Assembly: GCF_018398935.1 (NCBI RefSeq)
Contig: NZ_CP074694.1
Coordinates: 3,060,001-3,092,000, forward strand
Direction of reading: 5' to 3'
DNA length: 32,000 bases
Source: Telmatocola sphagniphila
GTDB taxonomy: Bacteria; Planctomycetota; Planctomycetia; Gemmatales; Gemmataceae
Part shown: positions 16,637 to 24,380 of the stretch, piece by piece
Numbering within the stretch: position 1 is the first letter of the stretch
Layout: each line of letters starts with the position of its first letter
Notes under the pieces: generated by a model
What the model was told of the DNA's origin: nothing
Seen by the model: the letters and a program-made list of their open reading frames with translations, nothing else
The model's database searches: none
Made by a program: the position numbers and the translations under genes

Positions 16637-17770
16637 ATGACCGAGTCTGAATCCAAAGCTCTCACATGCGAAAGCCTTCTGCGAGAAATTGCGGCTTCCA
16701 ACCCTCCACCCTGGTATCCTCGCGTCTTCGTGTCTCAGCATTCGGTGGATCGCCAGAAACTCGATGAATTGCTCACTGAACTGCGACTTTCGGGAATCAT
16801 TCAGCTCACGGAATGGCAGAAAGAATTCGGACAGGGTTATCGAATCACCGCTTACGGGAATGAAGTGCTCGGCAATCCCGTGATGATGGAACGGCTGAAA
16901 GGGCCGTTCGAAGCTCAGTCGATCAAGCTGAAAACCACCGAACCGCCGACCAAGAAAGATGCGCTTCAGACTTCCGCGTTTGAAAGAGGCGAGATTGTTC
17001 GCGAAGCGCTTCTCATGCCCAAAAAAGCGATTGTCACCAACATCTTAATCTCCCTGAATTTGCTGATATTCGCTCTCTGTCTAGCCCAATGCTTCCGTTG
17101 GGAAATTTCGCCGGTGAAATTTCTTTTCTCCGGAGATTTCGAGGTTATTCGCCGGATGGGGGGATTAACCGCCATGGAGATAGCCCGGGATCATTGGACG
17201 GGGCTGTTTACCTATGCTTTTCTGCACTTTGGAATTCTACACCTGGGCGTGAATATGTATTCTCTCTATCTGCTCGGCCGGTTTCTCGAGACAGCCTGGG
17301 GTTCAGGGCGGTTTCTAATCATTTACATGCTGTCGATACTGGGGGGCTCCACCGCCAGTCTGATTTTCGAACCGGGAACACCCGCTGTTCCGACTCTACT
17401 GGCCGGTGCCTCGGGTGCCATCTGGGGATTGAGCATTTCCTACATCGTCTGGCTCGTCTGGAACCGCACCTTTATTCCGCCGAATATCTACCGGGAATCG
17501 GTTCAGAATTTTATGATTGCGATGGTATTGAATCTGGGAATAAGTTACCTGCCGCATATCAGTCTCGCCTGCCATCTGGGGGGTGGAGTGATGGGAGGAA
17601 TCGCCGCGACCTTGCTCTATCTGCACTGGCATTACTCTCCTTCCTGGAAATCGTTTGCGTTCGCCATGCTCTCCCTACTGCCCGTGTTCTGCATCTCATT
17701 TATTTTGAATCAGATGAAGAATTCGCCCGATTGGATTGCGATTATGGATGTGGCCAAGCTCTTAAATTAA
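16637..17770 (+). CDS. Rhomboid-family intramembrane serine protease with an N-terminal ~150-aa soluble extension
   Basis: The ATG at 16637 (MTESESK...) is preferred over the TTG at 16571, which would overlap psuG. Rhomboid motifs: 'FLHFGILHLGVNMYSL' (H..H...N), catalytic 'GASGAIWGL' (GxSG) and 'ACHLGGGVMG' (catalytic His). Six or more TM helices. Confidence 0.85.
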   Translation: MTESESKALTCESLLREIAASNPPPWYPRVFVSQHSVDRQKLDELLTELRLSGIIQLTEWQKEFGQGYRITAYGNEVLGNPVMMERLKGPFEAQSIKLKTTEPPTKKDALQTSAFERGEIVREALLMPKKAIVTNILISLNLLIFALCLAQCFRWEISPVKFLFSGDFEVIRRMGGLTAMEIARDHWTGLFTYAFLHFGILHLGVNMYSLYLLGRFLETAWGSGRFLIIYMLSILGGSTASLIFEPGTPAVPTLLAGASGAIWGLSISYIVWLVWNRTFIPPNIYRESVQNFMIAMVLNLGISYLPHISLACHLGGGVMGGIAATLLYLHWHYSPSWKSFAFAMLSLLPVFCISFILNQMKNSPDWIAIMDVAKLLN

Positions 17771-18612
17771 TCGGGATTCGCATTTTTCAAAAGTGGCCCG
17801 GAGCAGGTCCTTAAAGGCATCAATTGCGAGCCCTGCTGCGTCCATTCGATCTGCTGAATAGATAAGGCTTTGCCCGTATTTTCATCAATTTCCAGGAGAA
17901 CGCCATTCATTCTCGGGTCCTCCTCTTCCACGTCGAAATTCGTCGGGATCATGTTCAACGCGTGCTCGACGATCGGTTTCGCCTTCCGTCCCAGAATCCC
18001 GGCGTGTCCGCCAGTCATTCCGACATCGCTGATGTACGCCGTGCCTTCCGGGGTCACCTGGGCATCGGCGGTCACCACATGGGTGTGCGTTCCGACAATT
18101 GCGGAAACCCGGCCGGCAAAGTAGTGTCGGGCCTGGTATTTTTCGCCCGTGGCCTCGGCATGAAAATCGACCAGAATATTGGTGGTTTGCTTGCGGATTT
18201 CCGGAAGCAGTAGATCCAGCGTTCGCAGCGGGCAATCGACCGCCTTCATGAAGAGTCGTCCCAAGAGCGAAACGATCGCCAGGGAATGACCTCGTTCGTT
18301 TTTCAAAACGGCGAAGTTCTTTCCTGGGGCATCACTGGGGAAGTTGGCGGGTTTGACCACCGGTTCGCCAGAAGTGAGAATCGGCAGAATATCCGGACGG
18401 CGAAAAACGTGATCGCCCATCGTCAGACCATCGACACCGGCCCGACGAAGAGCGTGAAAATTGCTGGGATACATTCCGGAACCGGAGGCGACATTCTCGG
18501 CGTTGGCAATCACGAAATCGAGAGACTGCTCCGCTCGGAGCGCCGGGACGGCTTGTTTGATCAACTTGAGTCCCGGCGTACCCACGATGTCGCCGATGAA
18601 AAGGAGTCGCAT
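17767..18612 (-). CDS. ymdB: YmdB-family metallophosphoesterase (2',3'-cyclic-nucleotide 2'-phosphodiesterase, TIGR00282-type)
   Basis: 'MRLLFIGDIVGTPG', 'VIANAENVASGSGM', 'LTMGDHVF', 'ILVDFHAEATGEK' and 'VGTHTHVVTAD' metallophosphatase blocks. It lies 14 nt downstream of rny, the same pairing as rny-ymdB in Bacillus. Confidence 0.9.
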   Translation of the reverse strand: MRLLFIGDIVGTPGLKLIKQAVPALRAEQSLDFVIANAENVASGSGMYPSNFHALRRAGVDGLTMGDHVFRRPDILPILTSGEPVVKPANFPSDAPGKNFAVLKNERGHSLAIVSLLGRLFMKAVDCPLRTLDLLLPEIRKQTTNILVDFHAEATGEKYQARHYFAGRVSAIVGTHTHVVTADAQVTPEGTAYISDVGMTGGHAGILGRKAKPIVEHALNMIPTNFDVEEEDPRMNGVLLEIDENTGKALSIQQIEWTQQGSQLMPLRTCSGPLLKNANPD

Positions 18613-18626
18613 GACCCAATCCGGAG

Positions 18627-20258
18627 TTAGCGGGCAATTTCGATGAAGCGCTGCTCTCGAACGACAGTCACCTTGATTTCGCCCGGGTAGTCGAGCTGCT
18701 CTTCTATCGATTTAGCGATTTCGCGGCAAATCCTCAGACTATCCGCATCGTTGATCTGGTTCGCGTTGGCGACGACCCGCAGTTCCCGACCTGCTTGAAT
18801 GGCAAAGGCCTGTTCAATTCCCGGAAATCCGCAGGCGATGGCTTCCAACTGCTCCAATCGCTTGACATACTTCTCCAGCGTCTCGCGACGTGCCCCCGGA
18901 CGACTGGCGCTGATGGCATCGGCGGCCGCCACAATCACGGTGTAGATGTGATCGACGGTAATATCGTCGTGATGGCCGATAATCGCGTGCAGGACGTCCT
19001 TATTCGTTTCGCCGTACCTTTTGGCCAGTTCGGCGCCGATTTTCGGGTGCCCGCCTTCCATTTCATGATCGGCTGCTTTACCGATATCGTGCAGGAGCGC
19101 GCAACGGCGCGCCAGCTTGGAGTCCAACCCGAGTTCCGCCGCCATCATGCCGGAAAGATGGCACACTTCGAGGCTATGTTGCAGCACATTCTGACTGTAG
19201 CTGGTCCGGAATTTCAAGCGGCCGAGCAAGTGTACCAATTTTTCGTGAACGTGGCCCACGTCGGCATCCACGACGGCTTTTCGGCCGATTTCGTTGATGT
19301 GCTTCTCCATCTCCTGCTGCGTTTCCAGAACGACTTCTTCGATCCGAGTGGGATGAATCCGACCATCCTGAATCAGCTTCGCCAATGCCAGACGAGCCGT
19401 CTCGCGGCGGATATTGTCGAAAGCGCTGACGATGACTACCCCAGGCGTGTCGTCGACGATCACATCGACGCCAGTGACTTTTTCGAAGGTCCGAATATTG
19501 CGACCCTCGCGGCCGATGATTCGCCCCTTCACGTCATCGCTGGGGATATCGACGGTACTGACGGTGGTTTCCGCGGTGTGCTGGGCGGCATAGCGTTGAA
19601 TCGCAGAAGCCAGGATTTCGCGAGACTTCTGGTCGGTAATCGATTTGAGCCCTTCTTCGTGCTTGCGAATTCTCTCGCCAATCTCTCCGGAAAGCTCCTC
19701 TTCGACCCGGGCCATCAGAAGCTTCTCGGCGTCTTCCCGGCTCATACCGGTAATCTGGGAAAGAAGCTTCTTCTGCTCGGTGAGGGTCACTTCCAGATCG
19801 TTCGACTGCTTGTCCAGAACCTCCTGCTTTTCAGCGAGTTTCTTCTGGCTTTTTTCCAGATCCCGTTCTTTTTTCTGAATCTGGGTCTGCCGCTGTTCGA
19901 GGTTGTCTTCTTTTTTCTCCAGTTTGCGTTCGAGATCGCGGAGATCGGTCCGCATCTTCTCGGTTTCGCGATTGAATTCGTCGCGCTTCTGGAAATATTC
20001 GTCTTTGACGCGCAGCTCGGCTTCCTTCCGAATGCGATTGGCATCCTGGTCGGCTCGGCCGCGAATTTCCTGGGCTTCCTCCTCGGCTTTCTGCCGGGCG
20101 ACCAAACCCAGATTTTCCTGTTGGGTGGCGATGCCAGACATCTTCTTTTTGGTGAAGAAATGTCCAACGGTGACGCCGACGATCAGAGCCAACAGACCCG
20201 CCAGTCCAATTGACGGGAAATCAATTTCCGCTGTCAGTCCAATTGACGCGAGAAACAC
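18627..20258 (-). CDS. rny: Ribonuclease Y
   Basis: GTG start at 20258 preceded by a perfect AGGAGG, 6 nt upstream. N-terminal TM helix, long K/E/Q coiled coil, KH domain '[24 protein letters not shown]', HD domain 'LLHDIGKA...GHH'. Confidence 0.95.
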   Translation of the reverse strand: MFLASIGLTAEIDFPSIGLAGLLALIVGVTVGHFFTKKKMSGIATQQENLGLVARQKAEEEAQEIRGRADQDANRIRKEAELRVKDEYFQKRDEFNRETEKMRTDLRDLERKLEKKEDNLEQRQTQIQKKERDLEKSQKKLAEKQEVLDKQSNDLEVTLTEQKKLLSQITGMSREDAEKLLMARVEEELSGEIGERIRKHEEGLKSITDQKSREILASAIQRYAAQHTAETTVSTVDIPSDDVKGRIIGREGRNIRTFEKVTGVDVIVDDTPGVVIVSAFDNIRRETARLALAKLIQDGRIHPTRIEEVVLETQQEMEKHINEIGRKAVVDADVGHVHEKLVHLLGRLKFRTSYSQNVLQHSLEVCHLSGMMAAELGLDSKLARRCALLHDIGKAADHEMEGGHPKIGAELAKRYGETNKDVLHAIIGHHDDITVDHIYTVIVAAADAISASRPGARRETLEKYVKRLEQLEAIACGFPGIEQAFAIQAGRELRVVANANQINDADSLRICREIAKSIEEQLDYPGEIKVTVVREQRFIEIAR

Positions 20259-20434
20259 AAAGTGCCTCCTAATCCATCACTGGAAGAAGGTACGCTATTA
20301 GACAGGTCGATGTCCTTTTAGAACGACAGGAGAGCGATTTTTGGAGAGTGGTCTTCGCTCGCTTTGGAAACACCCCGATCCATCACTGTGAGAGACTTGG
20401 TAGTTAAGTCGTCTAATGGCATAGAAGGTAATTC

Positions 20435-20529
20435 TTCGATGGAATGAGGGGTTGTTTTTCCCGGAAAAACCTGCCGGTACCGGCACTGTTTCTCCGAAAT
20501 AAGACCGCGCCCTCATTCGTAAATTCGAA
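20435..20529 (-). promoter_or_regulatory. Candidate structured RNA element (long-range stem enclosing two hairpins) in the rny upstream region
   Basis: Outer stem ttcga/tcgaa (20435-39 / 20525-29) plus gaatgaggg/ccctcattc (20442-50 / 20510-18). Inner hairpin gtttttc-ccg-gaaaaac (20454-20470). Perfect 14-bp palindrome tgccggtaccggca (20472-20485). Confidence 0.3.
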
Positions 20530-20750
20530 ATAGACCCGTTCAAAAGACGCAGACAGGCCAGGCATAACACCAGTGTCAGAAGGAGTGTCAGCAAAAGTTC
20601 TAAATACAGCACGACATGCATACGCGCACAGTTAGTCCAATGAATAATATATGGACGGCAGGGGCCATATTTTCGACGAGCAACCTGCGATCCAAATTTG
20701 AAAATCAAATTATTTTGCTATTATGAGATGCGCCGGGGGGGGTGGTCAAC

Positions 20751-20776
20751 GAAAAAAGCGAGGGAAAGCCTCGCTT
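20751..20776 (-). terminator. Rho-independent terminator of the upstream membrane-protein gene
   Basis: On the minus strand: agcgagg-ctttc-cctcgct (7-bp stem, plus coordinates 20757-20775) followed by TTTTTT (20752-20757). It lies ~30 nt after the stop at 20807. Confidence 0.65.
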
Positions 20777-20806
20777 CGTTCATAAATTCCACTTGAGTTG
20801 CGCTTT

Positions 20807-21424
20807 TTAAGACCGCAAGCTGAAATAGAAGGACACCATACCCGTCAGAATGCTTTGCCAGAGCAGCAGATTAATTTCCTGGACAATATGCGGCATGATC
20901 AGGCATTGGATGATGACTTCCGCCGTCATACCGATGGCTGAAACGATCGATAACCAGGCCATGATGGTTTGCAGAAACGGCGACCTGGAACTCGGTAACG
21001 GCCTCAGCAGGATTCCCAGCAAAAAGCCGATCCCCGTCGACAGGAGAAACTGGGGGAAATAGGGAATCTGATCGGAGCTCGGCGTCAATCGCGACCAGAG
21101 TCGATCGCTGTCGAATTGGTACTGATAAACCAGAATTCCGATGGTTCCCCCCAGCAATAGAAAGCGAATTACCCCACGCGGAAGATAAAGCGGATTTCCC
21201 AATCCCTTGGCGTAGGCGATTGTACTCCCATGCGAGATGAAGAAAATCATCACCATCGCCAGTAAAAAGTACAGATTGAGAGGCACGCTCGTCGTAACAT
21301 TCTGAGGTAGACTCAGAAGTACCCAAAGTTGAACGGTAATCAGAATGCTGAGAATGGCGCGCACGCTACCCGGGGGTAAACCCAGCGGCGGTCTCAAGTC
21401 ATCATCGTCCGGTACATCTTTCAT
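20807..21424 (-). CDS. Polytopic membrane protein of unknown function
   Basis: The ATG at 21424 (MKDVPDDDD...) has an AGGAGA SD 6 nt upstream, so it is preferred over the ORF-track start at 21493. Five to six hydrophobic helices (e.g. AILSILITVQLWVLLSL, LYFLLAMVMIFFISHG, FLLLGGTIGILVY, FLLSTGIGFLLGILL, IMAWLSIVSAIGMTAEVII). Confidence 0.7.
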   Translation of the reverse strand: MKDVPDDDDLRPPLGLPPGSVRAILSILITVQLWVLLSLPQNVTTSVPLNLYFLLAMVMIFFISHGSTIAYAKGLGNPLYLPRGVIRFLLLGGTIGILVYQYQFDSDRLWSRLTPSSDQIPYFPQFLLSTGIGFLLGILLRPLPSSRSPFLQTIMAWLSIVSAIGMTAEVIIQCLIMPHIVQEINLLLWQSILTGMVSFYFSLRS

Positions 21425-21523
21425 GGTGTTCTCCTGAAGTGCTATTCGATCAGTTCCGGATCCAAATTTGGGAAATTCTCGCCGGGGTTTCAAACAATTT
21501 TAGGGGATTAACGGCAAAACGCC

Positions 21524-21551
21524 TTGACGATATTAGCACGAGCATTAGAAA
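21524..21551 (+). promoter_or_regulatory. Possible promoter of rplM-rpsI
   Basis: TTGACG (21524-29), then 16 nt, then TAGAAA (21546-51), ~38 nt upstream of the rplM ATG. The -10 is imperfect. Confidence 0.3.
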
Positions 21552-21588
21552 TAATGGTTCTTCGAATTTGAAACGGAGCTGAGCTTTT

Positions 21589-22020
21589 ATGTCTACATAT
21601 ATGGCAAATGAGGCCAACACTACCCAGGCGTGGTTTGTGATTGACGCCACCGACAAAGTAGTCGGTCGTCTTGCCGTCCAGATTGCCACGATTTTGCGTG
21701 GGAAACACAAGCCCACCTATACGCCGCATTGCGACACGGGCGATTTCATCATCGTTCTAAACGTCGATAAGATTAAATTCACCGGCAACAAGTGGGAAAG
21801 CAAGTCCTATCAGACTTACAGCCACTATGCCGGTGGCCTCAAGATCACCAGCGCCAAAGAGATGCTGGCCAAGAAGCCGGATGAGATCCTTTATCAGGCA
21901 GTCAAGCGGATGGTTCCCCGAACCAAGTTAGGCCGCGCTCAGATGTCCAAGCTGAAATTGTACGTGGGCTCGGAGCATCCTCACCAAGCCCAGAAACCCG
22001 TTGAACTCAAGGTTAGCTGA
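21589..22020 (+). CDS. rplM: 50S ribosomal protein L13
   Basis: 'WFVIDATDKVVGRLAVQIATILRGKHKPTYTPHCDTGDFIIVLN' is the canonical L13 N-terminus. 143 aa. Confidence 0.95.
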   Translation: MSTYMANEANTTQAWFVIDATDKVVGRLAVQIATILRGKHKPTYTPHCDTGDFIIVLNVDKIKFTGNKWESKSYQTYSHYAGGLKITSAKEMLAKKPDEILYQAVKRMVPRTKLGRAQMSKLKLYVGSEHPHQAQKPVELKVS

Positions 22021-22068
22021 TCCTTTAAACACACCGGCCCGAACGCCGATCTCAGGGAATTATAACTG

Positions 22069-22506
22069 ATGGCTGCAACGAAAGATTATGTGGGCACTGG
22101 TCGACGGAAGTCCTCGGTTGCCCGTGTTCGCATCAAGGAAGGCAGTGGCAAGATCCAGGTTAACGGCCGACAGCTCGATCACTTCTTTACCGAAGAAAAA
22201 GATCGTAACGCTGTCACCGGCCCCCTGGTTCTCACGGACTTGGCCAACCGCGTGGATGTAACCATCACCGTTAACGGCGGCGGCATCACGGGACAGGCGG
22301 GCGCTGCCTCTCAAGGCGTGGCCCGAGCACTGAAGACCATGTTTGGCCCGGCACCCACTACCGCCGACGAACCGGAAACGGAAAGCAGTGGAATTGCCAA
22401 AAAGCTCCGAGATTCCGGCTACCTCACCCGCGACAGCCGCATGAAAGAACGCAAGAAGTACGGCCGCAAGGGCGCCCGCAAGAGCTTCCAGTTCTCCAAG
22501 CGTTAA
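22069..22506 (+). CDS. rpsI: 30S ribosomal protein S9
   Basis: 'GTGRRKSSVARV', 'GGGITGQAGA' and the C-terminal 'RKKYGRKGARKSFQFSKR' are canonical S9. Conserved rplM-rpsI order. Confidence 0.95.
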   Translation: MAATKDYVGTGRRKSSVARVRIKEGSGKIQVNGRQLDHFFTEEKDRNAVTGPLVLTDLANRVDVTITVNGGGITGQAGAASQGVARALKTMFGPAPTTADEPETESSGIAKKLRDSGYLTRDSRMKERKKYGRKGARKSFQFSKR

Positions 22507-22534
22507 TCTGCTTGCCAGTACAGAACCCTATCGC

Positions 22535-22571
22535 CACGCCGCGTCCTTAAATACGCGGCGTGTTTCTTTTT
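22535..22571 (+). terminator. Rho-independent terminator of rplM-rpsI
   Basis: cacgccgcgt (22535-44) / acgcggcgtg (22553-62): perfect 10-bp GC-rich stem, 8-nt loop, followed by TTTCTTTTT. Confidence 0.85.
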
Positions 22572-22735
22572 GAATTAAGATTAATCAATTACAAATTCGA
22601 AATACTTAATTTTAATCATATAAATTGCTTGAAATATCAACATTTTCGTCCCACATCTTGAATATTAGCAAATTAAATTTACAAGAATAGAAGATAACTA
22701 ATCGCCGTAACGTTTAAAGGATCAGGACTTAGCAA

Positions 22736-23071
22736 ATGGGCAAGAAGATTGAAGCAGGAGAAAAAGGAATGAAGAAGTCAGAAGCATTTCGATTAGCGGT
22801 AGAAGCATTGGGGATTGAAGCCCCCATCGGCGATATCGTTGATCACATGAAAGAAAAGTTCAATGTCGAAATCGACAAGAACATGGCATCGACCTACCGC
22901 TCCAACTTCAAAAAGAAGTTGGGCGTCAGCGGCACGCTGCGTAAACCTGCCGCCAAATCGAGCACGAACTCCAACGATGCTCTCGATTTCATGACCACGA
23001 TTCGCGATTGGGAACGCAAACTCAGCCCCGAAATGATTCAGAAACTGGTCAACGTCATGTATCAGGGCTAA
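22736..23071 (+). CDS. Small basic protein of unknown function (100-111 aa)
   Basis: ORF preceded by a 164-bp AT-rich island. An alternative start, the ATG at 22769 (MKKSEAF...), has a GGAGA SD 7 nt upstream. Lys-rich, with no TM helix or signal peptide; codon pattern is like neighbouring genes. Confidence 0.65.
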   Translation: MGKKIEAGEKGMKKSEAFRLAVEALGIEAPIGDIVDHMKEKFNVEIDKNMASTYRSNFKKKLGVSGTLRKPAAKSSTNSNDALDFMTTIRDWERKLSPEMIQKLVNVMYQG

Positions 23072-23153
23072 TAATCGGTTCGCCTTCGCCCCACCCGCCT
23101 TCTCTCGCCGAAGTCTTCCCGTAGAATCGTCTTTGCCCCTGTAGGAACTTGAG

Positions 23154-24380
23154 ATGATGCGACTTCTAACCCTTTTACTGGGAATAGTATCTATCACTTC
23201 CGGTTGTGGTAAAGACTCGGCGAATACACCCCGAGTTCCCGACTCCTATCCGGTACGGCAGGATTATCTGGTCGTCGCGCCTCCCAAGGCGACGGCTACC
23301 AAAGCCTACGAACCCGGCTATCCTCCTCTGAAGTCGCTCGACTTGCCGGATAGCCAGAAAGATACGGATCAGAAAGCTTTCGCCGCCGAACTTGAGAGCA
23401 AGAACATCGTGAAATGTTCTTCCATCGGGTTGGAAGAAAAGAAAGCCTTCGAAAAAGGACTCACCGCTTTATTCGGAACACCCGCAAGTCCGAAAATTGA
23501 ACCATTAACGACCGATGTCGACAACGCGGCCGGGGATTTGAAACTCTCCCCCAATATGCTCGCCGCGGGTGGCGAACTCTTCCGGAAAAATTGCCTCCAG
23601 TGCCACGGTTTGACGGGTAACGGCAATGGACCAGTCGGTGCTTATCTGTTCCCCATGCCGCGCGATTACCGCCAGGGGCTCTTTAAATTCCTCACCACGG
23701 AACCCAATCCCGAAGGCACCAAACCCAGTCGACATGACCTGTTTAATACGATCTGGCGCGGCCTGCCGGGATCGGGAATGACGAGTTTCTCCGGCCTGCG
23801 ACCGGAAGAAGTGGAAAGCCTGATCAGTCACGTCATCTATCTCGCCATTCGGGGAGAAGTGGAATACCAGACCATGAAAATGACGATCAAATTCGGTCTG
23901 GAAGCGGAAGACATCGAGTCGGAATTGAAGAAACAGACTCAGAAAATTGTTAAAATCTGGCACGATTCGCAAAAGCGCAGAATCGTGCCGGCTCCCAACC
24001 CGTACGTCACTGAAGAGCAGCAACTCGCCGCGGCCGCCGCGGGGGCTAAGCTGTTCCTCGACGGCCAGCAAGGGGCTTGCACCACCTGCCACGTCAATTA
24101 CGGTCGCAATGCACTTTACCAGTATGATGCCTGGGGTACCATGGTAAGGCCTCGTAACCTCACGGTAGCGACTTACCGGGTCAGCACTGCACCGGAAGCC
24201 ATCTACGCCCGCGTCTACGGTGGCATTCAAGGAAGCGGGATGCCCAGTCACGCTCACTTAATGCCCAAGCCGGGAGACAAAGATAATAAAATCTGGCAGT
24301 TGGTCTACTTTGTAAATGCCATCTCAAATCCCGATCTCCGTCAGAGATTGATGGATGAATTCCAGGTCAATCTCGATTGA
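23154..24380 (+). CDS. Diheme c-type cytochrome lipoprotein
   Basis: Signal peptide plus lipobox 'LLLGIVSITSGC'. Two CxxCH haem-binding motifs: CLQCH (23592-23606) and CTTCH (24078-24092), each followed by a distal 'GSGM' Met-ligand region. Confidence 0.85.
   Translation: MMRLLTLLLGIVSITSGCGKDSANTPRVPDSYPVRQDYLVVAPPKATATKAYEPGYPPLKSLDLPDSQKDTDQKAFAAELESKNIVKCSSIGLEEKKAFEKGLTALFGTPASPKIEPLTTDVDNAAGDLKLSPNMLAAGGELFRKNCLQCHGLTGNGNGPVGAYLFPMPRDYRQGLFKFLTTEPNPEGTKPSRHDLFNTIWRGLPGSGMTSFSGLRPEEVESLISHVIYLAIRGEVEYQTMKMTIKFGLEAEDIESELKKQTQKIVKIWHDSQKRRIVPAPNPYVTEEQQLAAAAAGAKLFLDGQQGACTTCHVNYGRNALYQYDAWGTMVRPRNLTVATYRVSTAPEAIYARVYGGIQGSGMPSHAHLMPKPGDKDNKIWQLVYFVNAISNPDLRQRLMDEFQVNLD

Noticed and set aside
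18795-20213. 472-aa plus-strand ORF opposite rny, with similar long antisense ORFs at 1620..2348, 7122..8051, 23505..24257, 26253..27299, 27468..28415, 28447..29346 and 31148..31915
   Set aside because: Each lies entirely antisense to a gene with strong family motifs (rny, esterase, the 1299-aa gene, cytochrome c, aceE, aceF, lpdA). Their translations are Arg/Gly-rich and motif-free, as is typical of GC-rich shadow frames.
20202-20248. In-frame 14-nt direct repeat CAGTCCAATTGACG (20202-15 and 20235-48) flanking a small GGAAA/TTTCC hairpin just inside the rny 5' end
   Set aside because: The copies are 33 nt apart (11 codons) and simply encode SIGL...SIGL in the N-terminal membrane anchor. It is probably a small coding duplication rather than a separate element. 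An effect on translation initiation cannot be excluded.
20298-20708. 136-aa minus-strand ORF in the rny upstream region
   Set aside because: It has a TTG start, no SD, an Arg/Cys/His-rich composition unlike neighbouring genes, and it contains the palindromes and hairpins described above. It is more likely non-coding leader. This is not fully excluded, because an internal ATG gives one TM-like helix.
20735-20742. G8 homopolymer next to the terminator at 20751
   Set aside because: It is intergenic and not within any supported reading frame or promoter spacer, and there is no evidence for phase variation.
22310-22400. Extra acidic/Pro segment in S9 (FGPAPTTADEPETESSG) considered as a frameshift or insertion artefact
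   Set aside because: The reading frame is continuous and both flanks are canonical S9. It looks like a lineage-specific loop insertion.
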